A stretch of 64,000 nucleotides of DNA from Candidatus Cloacimonadota bacterium (GTDB lineage Bacteria > Cloacimonadota > Cloacimonadia > G963667145): assembly GCA_963676615.1 (NCBI GenBank), contig OY781092.1:1472001-1536000 (forward strand), in the 5' to 3' direction. Shown one piece after another: positions 49,389 to 61,300 of the stretch. The position numbers and the translations under genes are program-made. Positions within the stretch are counted from its first letter, which is position 1. Every line of letters begins with the position of its first letter. Under the pieces are notes generated by a model. The model ran no database searches. It was not told the origin of the DNA and saw only the letters and a program-made list of their open reading frames with translations.

Positions 49389-52300
49389 ATGGGTGCGTAT
49401 AGTAGGCAGAGAAAAATGAAAAAGATTCTACTAGCTTTATTTTTGTTTATATCCATTTTTGTGGGTTGTACGATGAATCCAGAAAAGGATATATCTAGTC
49501 CGAATGCTTCTGCATCCAGAGGGCTGTATGACGACAAGATTGTTGTGCAGTGGGAGGGTGTTTCTGGTGTTTCGCAATATGAGGTTTGTCGTTCAGCGGT
49601 AAACTCCAACAATTTCTATGACGATTATGACGCCATAGGGACTGTTACAGGGACTCGCTACGAAGACGCTAGTCCGAACTTAATCCCAGGCAAGCTCTAC
49701 TATTACAAAGTTCGCTCTATCAGCGGCGACACGAAGTCACTCCCTCGCAGAACTCCAGCGATTGGACAGCTGAAGGTGCCAGACCTTGAGAATGTGGAGG
49801 TTTCCAAAGGGACTTTTGACAATCAAATTGGCGTCACCTGGACTGTTCCTCGAAAAATCATAAGAGGAGCGTCGGAAGGACTGCTGGGCTATGCGTTGAT
49901 CAACTATTCTGATAATGAGAAAAATGTGACCACCAACAGTGTTAGAATTCCGTTTTCCGAGCTAAAAGGAAGCGAAGGACAAAGCTTTGAAGATCAAATA
50001 ATTCGAGGGAAAGTTTACTATTTCAAGACTCAAATAGTTGTGATCGACGGAGAAGAGACAGGCTCGGAAGGAACAGCTATCGATTCTGGCTGGACGACAG
50101 TTTCGTCGCCAGCGATGGTGTATGCGACCAAGGGCGAATTCAGCAACAAAATCCAAATCACATGGGACGAAGTGTTCGGGATACAAGGTTATGAAATTTT
50201 GTATAGTGACGATGATGGGGCGAGCTATGAACACCTAGTGGACATCTCAACTGTGATGGCAGAGTTTGATGAACAAGAGTATGTCTGGGATGGCCCAATC
50301 AAGGGTAAAGAGTATCGCTTTAGAGTTATTTGCGTTGACCGCAATGGCGAGGCAACAGGTCCGAACAGCGGAGAAGACACGAAAAATAAAGAGGGTGTTT
50401 ACAACAACTTGGGTTACACTCAATACGCTCAGCCGATAATCAACGAAGTGACCAAAGATTCGGTAGATTATGTCCGAATTAAGGTTACTACGGAAAAACC
50501 TGAAGCTGGCGAAAGATTGGTGGTGCAACTTTATCGCAGGGCGCTTGGTTCTGAGGTTGTCGAAAAATTGCAAGACGCCACGGCGATGGTTACCACAACC
50601 GCAGGTAATGGAACGGCGACTCTTGAGGATAATACCTTTACGGGCAACATTCCAGGAAGAAAATATTACTACTCGGTTACTGTTTACAAAGATGACGGCG
50701 GAAAAGTTGTGGGCGAGTCTAAACGCTCGGTTGATCAGGACGGATGGTCGGCGATAGAGCCTCCGTTCAATATTAGCGCCACCAGAGGCAAAGATAGCGT
50801 TGTGGTTCGCTGGACAAAAGTGCAGTATGCGAAGTCTTATATCGTGCTTCGTCAAGATTTCAACACGAAAGAGTGGACAGAGCTGCCTCCAATCGAGACA
50901 AATCCGAATGTGGACGAGATGAGTTTGGTGGAGGATAAATACGACATTGAGTCGGGCGTGAAGTATATCTACAAGGTGCGTTCGAAAAACGATGTTGAGT
51001 CTGCCGATTCAAAATTCGATTCTGGCTGGATTAAGATTTTGCCTCCTACGCAATTTAGGTCTGTGGGCGTTTATCTAAACTATGTTCAACTGGAGTGGGA
51101 GCTTGTTAATCACGCAAGGCGCTATATGTTGTATCGCAAAGTGAAAGACGATCCAGGCGCTTTTGTGGCTATCGATACCGTCTCTGGCGAAACAGGGAGC
51201 TATCAAGACACAGGATTGGCTGAGGCGACAGAGTTCCTCTATCAAATTCAAACAGAGAGCGAGATACCATCTCTTTTGGCTGGTCAAGAGTATGAGATGT
51301 CGGACAGAGCTTTGATTGAGTCTAGCGCGAAAACATTGCTGCCGGCTCCTGTTTTAGACTCCGCTTCTCATAATCTGAAAGACGAGATTGTTCTCTACTG
51401 GCGCACGAAACCAGGACAGCTGTATAATGTTTACTACGAAGACGAAACTGGCGGATGGGTGGATGTTGCCACTGGTATTAGCGACTCCACAGTGACATTG
51501 CAACCAGGTATCATCGATTTAACTTTTGGTAGAGTCTATAATTTTGTGCTGACCACAACCAAAGGCGACGCATGGGGAGAGTCCGACAGAAGCAACAAGG
51601 TTGAAAGTTATATGAGGCTTGATTCTGCTTTCAATCTAGAAGCAGGAAAAGACAACGAGACCAAAATCACCCTTACTTGGGAAGTGATTCCAAATAGTGG
51701 CGCAGAGTATTATCAAGTGTATAAAACTACCACTGAAGATTCGCTGAACTTTACACCTCTTGCGGCTGTAAAAAAAGGCACACAAATAAGATACACATAT
51801 AACGACGAGAGCAAATCGCTAAACAGCAAATACAAGTATCTCTATAAAATTAAATCTTTCCGCTCCGACTACGCAAGGGTTGAGCCAGAAGACCTGCGAT
51901 TTTCTAATGTTGACACAGGTTGGGTAACAATTCAGCCGCCGTATTTCGATCGGGCGAGTTTGGCGATAGATAACGACACCATCAAGATTTACTTTAAGGA
52001 AAACAGCAGTGGAACTTACAGGATTTACTATAGGGAATCGAGAGACGGCGAAGATTTGTTCTTTAAGCAGATAGAAACCGAAGACGCAACAAATCTGGGC
52101 AATAGCAACTACAGCTATACAATCGCCACATACAAAGGAGCTTCTGTTACAGGAGGCATAGATTGCGATTCGGGGCAAGTTTTGTATTTCGCGATGTCGT
52201 CTTATGGATTGGGCAGGGAGTCGAAAAAAACAGAGTTCAAGCCTGGCTTCACGATAATTCCTACACCAGAGTTTAATCCTGGAGCTACCAAGGGCGAGGC

Positions 52301-55300
52301 AAACAAAATCGAGGTTAAGTGGAATCCGCTAAAGATAGCAGACAACACTATCAGGTATCAGGTTTTTAGAATCAACACCCAAAACGACGAAGAACTTTAC
52401 ACTGTTGAAAATAACAACGGAATATTTTTGGACCAAGGTGAAGATCTCAGAGAAGGATTCAAATACACTTATCGGGTAAGAGCGATAAACACCACCGCAG
52501 AGATAGCAGTGCAAACGGCGTATCCAGAGGAGTCTTTGGAGAGCACGCAGTCGAATTTCTCGGATACCACCACTGGATACAGCAAGTTGATGCCAGTGTT
52601 GGATTTGCGCGCTACAGGTCCCGAAGGCACAGCGATAAATGAAAAAGTTGATGTGACTTGGGATCCAAAAGGCGATAGAGTCAGCTATGTGATTGCTCGC
52701 TCTTTGCAATCTCCGATTAAGTGGGACACGATTTTTAGCGGAAGTTCTGCGACAGGAGAGTTCGAAGATCTTACCGCCGAAGGCAACAAAATTTACTACT
52801 ACAAAGTTGCAGTTTCGACCGAAGATTATCCGAAAATTGTTGCCGTCTGTGATAGCGTTGTGGGTTATGTCAGACCACTTCCGCCAGCAAATGTGGAAGC
52901 TTCAAAAGCAAAATATGCAGACAAGATTGAAGTAACCTGGAAAAAGCCTTTGCTGGTAACGGCGTATCAGATTTGCAGATATAACGAACTTGGCGACTCC
53001 ACCATAATGAGCAGAGACACAGCTGAGGTAATAACTCGCAACGATTCTGTGTTCTTCGGCGATAGCCAGGTGGAAAAAGGATACTCATACACCTATAAAG
53101 TTAAAGCGATTTCTGGCGATATGGGAGAAACCGATTACAGCGATATTAGTGATGATTACAAGAGAAAAAAAGCTACTGGTTATACAAAAATGCCGACGGT
53201 GGAAAACATTGTTGCCACAAAAGGCGAGTATGAGGACAGCATCGTTATCACTTGGGACGACATTCCTGTTGCGAACAACTATTTGGTGCAAAGGTCTAGA
53301 GTGGGCGCAACGAGCTCTTCGGACACTATTCAAAAATCGACGACAAACAATAGGTGGGTTGCCCTCAAAGGCGAAGGGCTTGTTGATGGGCAAAAATACG
53401 AGTATCGAGTAGCAGCTCAAAAAGGAACGAACCTTTCTCACAACTGGCAGGCAGATTTTGATGAAGGTTGGTTGATGCTGGCTGGACCTACAAATGTGAA
53501 AGCGAGCAAAGGTCTTCCAGATTCGATAATCGTTACTTGGGACACTTTGCGGACAGTGACCGATGTGCAGGAGTATCAAGTTTGGAAAAAGGCAAAAGCA
53601 AATGCAGGCGAGCAAGATCAAGAGCTTGCTAGCGGTTTGTCGCCACAGACAAAGAGTTGGGTTTTTCACGCATCGGAAGACGAAAAAGGCGCAAGCATCG
53701 GATTTTATATCAAAGCCGTTAGTGCCGAATTTGGGACAAGCGCCAACAGTGAGGTTGCCAAAGGATATACAGAGCTAGAGCCAGTGACCGAGTTCAAAGC
53801 TTCTCCATGTGCGCCAGATAGTGTGCTGGGCAACTCTATCATCCTCACTTGGTCAACTTCCAAAACTTCCGACAGCACCATAATTGAAAAAATGGTTGGA
53901 AATCAGTGGCAACTTCTAAAAACTTTTGACGCAACAGTTCTCGATTATAAAGACTTGGGATTAACCGAGGGAAGAGAGTATCGGTATAGAGCGCAAGCCA
54001 AAAAAAGACACGAAGACGGGAACGAACTGTATTCGGATTATGTGTATGCCGATGCGACCATCAGCATTCCTCTTATCAGTTTTGACACAATCACAAAATC
54101 GAAATATCTTTCGGATGTGGAGCTTACTTGGAAAGGGCTACAATCTGGCAAAGAGCTTAGATTTGAGATTTTTGTGTTCCAAAACGAGGCGGACTATAGC
54201 ACAAATAGCAATGTTTACGACACTTTAAAGGTCGAAGAAAACAGCAAGTCATACTACAGATTTAAGCATAACACGGTATCTGCTTCTCCAGGCAAATTTA
54301 TGTCGGGAACAAAATACTATTACAAAATCAGAACTCAAACGACTCCAGGCGGAATTTGGTCTGAATTGACTCAACCAGAAGACGGCAAGCCAAGCTACGG
54401 TTGGGCAAAGACACCGGCACCATCGATGTCGCTCGTGAGCAAAGACTCTATTGCGGCGATATATCTGGAGTGGAATCCGAACAGTGCTGCGAAAAAATTT
54501 GAGATTGAGAGATACTTCAAATACCCAGACAAAGAGGCTGTTAAAACCTACCTTGTAAACGAGAATAGCTTTAAAGATGTCCAAAATCTTTTCACAGGAC
54601 ACGAGTATGGCTACAAGCTCAGAGCGATTAACGAAAATTGCGAAAACGACACATCTGCTTGGACGGTAGAGCTTGTCGGAATGGCGAGATTGCTGCCTCC
54701 GATAGGTGTGACGGCGAGCGACGGAACGCTAGAGGACACAATCTTGGTTACTTGGGATACGCCGAAAAACGCCTCTAACCCAAGCTATGGCGCAACGATA
54801 TACAAGGTGTATCGCAGTCAGATAAAAGATCCTGAAAAGATGTCGCTATTGGGTGACACCATTTTGACAAACTGGGATTCAAATTCGAGCAAAACGATCA
54901 CTTTTGTGGACGAGTTGACGACCAAAGAGCTCGGAAAGATGTATTATTATGGATTGAAGTCGCAAGTTGGAGCGGAAGTCTCGGAGATGAGCATTATCGA
55001 TTCTGGCTGGGCAAAAATTCCTGCACCTATCTTTACAAAGATTACAGCTCGCGATGGAGGATTTAAGCTAGAGGACGATAGCATCAGAGTGCAGTGGCAA
55101 GATCCGAGTGTGCTTAGCCTAGGCAGCATAACTTATGAGATCGAATACAGAATAGGCGAAGCGACGGCTGTTTCTATGAGCGGAATTGCCGAGGGCTCCA
55201 CCGAAAAAGCTCTGTATATCGCTCCCGACGAGAGGTTCAACAAAATTTATGTCAGAATCAGATCAGACAGAGAGACTTTTGGCAAGTCGATGTGGTCGCA

Positions 55301-58300
55301 GTGGGTAGAAACTTACACAAATATGCCTAAACCTGTGATTAGAGATGTGATAGTTAGTTTGACTACAGTGGGCAGAAGCGTGCGTGTGAACTATATTTGT
55401 CCAAACGACTGGGTCGATTCGGTCTATTTCTATCGAGAAAAAGCTGGCGAACCAGATGCGGCGTATTTGGTGAAAGTAATACCTAACGCCGGAGCAAATG
55501 TTCCAGCGGAGTTTTATGACGAAAAAGGTTTGACGATGTATCAAAAGTATGCATACAGAGTTAAATTTTACAAAGGGTTGACTGGATTTTCTGAGGCTAG
55601 CGACACAATTTGTGTTACCACGCCAGTTTTGCCTCCAGACAATCTGGACGCAACAGAAGGCGAATATGAGGATATGGTCCTCCTTACTTGGGATGGAGTC
55701 TCTGGCAACACGGTAGAAAAACTGAGCTATAATGTTTATGTGGACTCCACGCTGACAGGGAGTTTCCCAAATTGGAAAAACAACAATGCGAAAACTGCAA
55801 AACGAATCTCGCTACCGGGATCTCCTGCGCAAATTCCAGAGTTTGAAGTTCAGTATGGGGTTAAATATCCAACAAATATTGGTGTTTCAGGAGGAGAATG
55901 GTTTAGCCTAGAGAGAGGAAGAAATTACGCTTTTGCCGTAAGCACCAATCCTAATTTTAATAATTTTGACGAAGTCAATGTCTCTGATGTGTCAGAGATA
56001 GCCATCGGTTATGCCAGAATTTCTACGCCTGAGATGATTTCGGCGAGCAAAGGCGAGTATTCGGACAAAATTGTGATAAAGTGGAAAGCGTCTAATGCGT
56101 ATAAGCACAACGAGCTGGTCGATTATCAAATCTACAGAACCAACTTAACAACTGGAGTGGTGGACTCTTCGCTCGTGATGAAAGCCTCTGATTTGAACAT
56201 TTCCAACGACACCGTCACCATAGAGCAAGAGGCGCAAGTTTACGATTTGAGTCCAAAAGTTAAATACTCCTATACTGTTAAAGCGTTGATGGGCGTTGAC
56301 GGCAACAGAACGGTTGCGCACGCATCTCTTATGAGTCCTGTGCCGTATTCTGGTTGGCTAGCGATGCCTGCTCCAGAGGAGTTTAGAGCCAGCGACGGAA
56401 TTTCCACAGACTCTATCTATTTGCAGTGGAGCAACGACGACAAATTTATCACGCAACTCTATGCAAGCTATGACTTGGCGACTTTGTGGAGCAACCAAAT
56501 TTCTACAACGCAAGATTCGCATTATACGGTGCAAATCCTCAAAAAAGAAGACCAAGGACGCTACAGGCATTTTGGGGCTAAATTTTACGATCCAGCTTTT
56601 GGCTCGTCGAAGCCGTCTTCTACTTGCCAAGATTCTGGTTTTGCTCTTTTTGATGGCGTGCAAATAACCTCGGTAAGCAAAGGCGAGTATTTGGATACGA
56701 TCAAAATCGTTTGGCCAGAAACTCCAAATGCGGCTTACTACGATGTTCAATATTTGGAGAAAGGAACTTCTAACTGGTCAACAGAGATAAATGTACCAGT
56801 CCAAGAGTATAAAATAAAAAGCTTTAATGGAACAAACAGAGGTAAAGCTTTTTATGTTCGAGTCAGAGCGACTAACGATATTGTCAGGTTCCTCGCAGAT
56901 GAGGGGTATGGACCAACAGACTCTGGCTTTACGCAATTGGATACGGTCTTTGGTTTTTCTGCTACAAAAGGGGAAATCCCAGACACAATCGCTCTTGCTT
57001 GGTCGGAGATAACTAACGCTACCTCCTACAAAATTTACAGATCTACCGCTATTGATGGTGAATTTATTCAAAAAAATGCGACAAGTGATTTGAAATACGA
57101 AGATCACGAGTTGAGCTTGAACTATGGCGAGGTATATTTCTATAAAGTGCTGGCAGTTAACGAGTTAACCGAGACTTTGCCAGAAGCTTATCAAAACTAT
57201 TCTCGGGTAGATTCTGGCTGGATAGACATCCCACAACCACAAAATGTTACGGCGACAAAAGGGACGTATAAAAACAGGATTAAACTGACATGGGATGTGC
57301 TTCAGAGAGTTGAAGGGTATATCGTTGATACAGCGCAAGAGAACGATGTCGATGAATATGGCGTGCTAGATACAATCCGCCCAGCCAGCCAAGGAGAGCT
57401 TAACGCTTATGTGGACGAATTGCCAGGTGGCAAATTTAAGCGCGGAGTCAGATATTTCTTCAAGGTCAGAGCGTTCTATGAGAATGTTGCCAGCAGTTTG
57501 ATTTATGCAAATCAAGATAACGGCTATATTCCGCTGAACATTCCAACAAATGTAAAAGCGTCTAAGGGGACGAGCGACAGCACAATTTTTGTTTCGTTCT
57601 TGGCGTCAGACGGACTTTTGGGAATAGACAACTATGTCATTCAGCGCAGGTCTAAACTTTCTGGCGACACCACAGAAGTCAGCTTGAGCTCAAACACTTT
57701 CGGTTATTCTACCAACGAAGATACAATCAAAATAGAAGATAGAAACAGCTTGCAGCCAAGCAAAGGATATGTTTACGATTATAGAGTTCGGAGCAGAATT
57801 GGCAGCATCACATCTGACTGGAGTGCATGGAGTGACTACGGTTGGCTGAACCTAAGACCGCTTGAAATACGAGTTGCAAACGAAGAAGACTCTTTGATGA
57901 CCGATTCGATCAAGGTCGCTTGGGACACAGAAGCGTCACAATTTAAAGCTGTTAACAGGTTAGACATTTACTACGACACAGTTGCTTTGAGTGCAGATGG
58001 AGACTGGAAAGACAAGCTGGTCGTGGACGATATGGACGAGCTGGACAAAGGCTACATAATGATTACGACGCAAAACAACGCGAACTTCTTGCCTGCAACG
58101 ATGTATTGCTTCAGAGCAAAAAGTTGTCGTTTTGAGGACGCTATCGAAATCTCGTCTGCTTTTAGTGCGCTAGATTCTGGCTGGTATAAATTGCGTGCGC
58201 CAAAGATAACCTACGCTTCTATTGGCGAGAGCGCCGACACGATTACAATTCGCTGGGAAAGACAAGCAGATTTGCCTCACGGCAGCGCCGCAGAAATGGA

Positions 58301-61300
58301 GTATGTCATCTCCAGAGGTTCGACCAAAGAGTTCAAGAGGCTCGTCAATGTTGACTTCTATAACGACACGCTGGAGATTGAGCCAGGAGTGAGCCATATC
58401 TATACTGTCACGGCGGTTCATCCGCGCTATCTCAGTTCTGTGGCTAGTGCTCCAAAAAGAGGTTACGCGAAACTTTTGCCGCCTATTTTGACAGAGGTGA
58501 AAGCCGACAACCAAGCGAGCCAGATGAAGATTGAATGGGTTTATCCGCTAGAAGATTTGGACGAAATTGACAGCTTCTATTTGTATCGCAAGACAGCTTA
58601 TGACGATCCAGAGAACACTCCTGTTTACAGCACAAACGCTGTCGCTGGAACTGAAACATACACTTGGGTTGACGACGATTGCACTTTGGGACAAGAGTAT
58701 TTTTATTACCTTAGGGCTTTTAAAGCGGGGATGATAATTTCAGACACCTCAAATGTTATGAGCGATGTCCTAAAGTTGATTGTGCCATCTATCACAAGCG
58801 CCAGCAGAGGCGAATATACAAACAAGATAGATATTGCTTGGACGGGAACAAAAGACGCAAAAGAGTATGTAATCTACAGAAGCCAAACTCCGTCGTTTGA
58901 TGTCATTGACACTGTGGACACGGTTGCGGCTTTGCCAACAAGCTACCTTGATGATAATAACGGCGTGGGGCTTGCTGACGGAGAGATTTACTACTACAAA
59001 GTCGCCTCAAAAAGAGACAAAAACATTTCAGAGAAGAGTGGATATTATGGCGGATACACAAAACTGATAACGCCAGAGATTACCGAGCTTTCTCAAAATA
59101 CCGAAAAGATTAAGCTGAAATGGAGCAAAGAGGGTGGAAACGCAAACTCGTCTGGCGAGGTTTTTGTTGGCGAAGATCTTGAGGTGTTGAGTCCAGAAGA
59201 TTCCACAACTTTGCAACAAGATTCTACGACAGACCTTATCTCGGCATTTGCTTCTGGAGCACTTTGGTTTGTGAAAGGCAAAGAGTATTACGCCAAAGTT
59301 CGGGCAAGTATCACAAAAACCAACATCGTTATGATCTCTGGCGGCAGTCAAGAGAGCTTTGAGATTGTTTCCGATTTCTCTGGCACCAAAAAATTCTTTA
59401 GCAAGCTGGAAAACCCAGTGCTCACTGTTCACAGCGGGAAGTTGGACACTTTGCTGATTGAATGGAACAGAATGGACGGCGATGTTGTGAGCAATATTGA
59501 TGTAGAGTGGACGGAAAAAGATAATCCTGCGCCAGACACATTGAGGACGACATTTATAAACGACGGCACAGACTCTACTGGCAGAATAAAAGTCGCTTAT
59601 ACGGGAGCAGACAAATTGCTGCCAGCGGTTGTTTATAACTTTAGGATTAAGTTCAAAAGAGGGCTTGTAACATCCGACTGGAGCGAAACAGAAGAGGGCT
59701 GGACGAAGCTTCCTGCCCCAGAGAATTTGGTCGTTTCCAAAGGTGATTACGAAGATTCGCTAAGGTTCCGCTGGGAGAACTATCGCGGCAACACCGACAC
59801 TTTGCAAGACTCCACCTATAAATACCAAATCCAGTTTTACGACGGCAGCAACTTCGTGAATTTGGAAGGAGGTGCTATCACAGACAAAGCCGACTTCTAC
59901 GATGTTACTTTGTCGATGAAAAATATTTTAACCAGAGGTGTGATGACGCAGTTCCGCATCAAAGGCGATGTTGATCCAGCTTCCTCAGTTCTCGCACAAA
60001 GCAATAATTTGAGCCAAGATTCTGGTTTCACAAGGTTGATGACGCCTATCAGCTCTGGAACTCTAAGCAAAGGGCTTGAGGGCAAAATAGAGATAGAATG
60101 GGAGACGAACCTTGTAGATAATGCCACAATTCAGGCTTACAAAAATTTGGGTGTTGAGTATCAGATAGAGCGGAGAAAGTCTGGCGATGAGTTTATGGAC
60201 TATATTTTGGCAAGCGTGGACTCTTTGACCAAAATCACATACGACGACAAAGCAGGGCTAGACCCAAGAGATATTTACTACTATCGGATGAGATTTTTCA
60301 GCCAAGTCTATTATGACAGATATAGCGATGTGAAAAAAGCGACATCTCCTTGGGTTGTAATCGACGATAGCGGAAGCGTTAAGATGAATCCGCCAAAGCT
60401 GAAAGTGAACGAAGAAGGGGAGTTCTTTACCGACAAGGTTGAGCTAAAAATAGAAAGAGCTTTGGGCTCCGATAGCGCCTATCTGTATCGTGATCTGAAC
60501 AACGACAAGAACTTCGAGATAATCGATACGATAAAATATGGAAGCTCTGTTGCGCAAGGCGGCTATCTTTTCTACAAAGACGAAAAAGATATAGAGTCTG
60601 GAAATTGCTACACTTACTATGCGGTGGCTCTTTCTGGCTCACGGAAATCTTCTGATGGTCAAAAACTGCAAACTTTCACCAGATTGGAAGCCCCAGAAAA
60701 TGTAAGAGCCAGCGAGGGCGAGTTCGATAACAAAATCGTCGTTAAGTGGGACACTGTGTCCAGAGCAGAGGGCTATAAAATCAGATTCTACGAAGTTTTG
60801 ACAGACAAGCTGGTAGATTCTGCAGAGGTGAACAACCAAGATAGCGTTAAAATTTTAAAAGCCGTCCTACTCAAAAACATAAAAGTTGGGCAAGTTTATC
60901 GGTTCTCTGTTGCGGCGTGGAACAATATCAGCGTTTACCAAGGCAAAAAAATCTATTCCGAGTCGAATTCAGCAGAAGGATTTTTGAAGTTTACTCTTCC
61001 TGAATATGTAACGCTTTCGCAAGATTCGGTCGGATTTATCAAGTTGCAGATTGGCTATCCAGAGCCAGGTTTCGATTTGTTTATATATCGGAGTGCCAAC
61101 AAAGCGACAAAAGCTGGAGAGTTGGAGAAATGGAGCGATTACACGAAAATTTCGGTAAATTTAACCTACAATGACGCAGAAAAAGAGTATGTTTGCCGAG
61201 ACATTTTGTCCACAACTGGCGGAGTAGAGGGCGTGCAATACGCCTATATGGTGCAGGCGTATAAGAGCGGAATGCTTAATGCGATTTCGGACACATTTAA

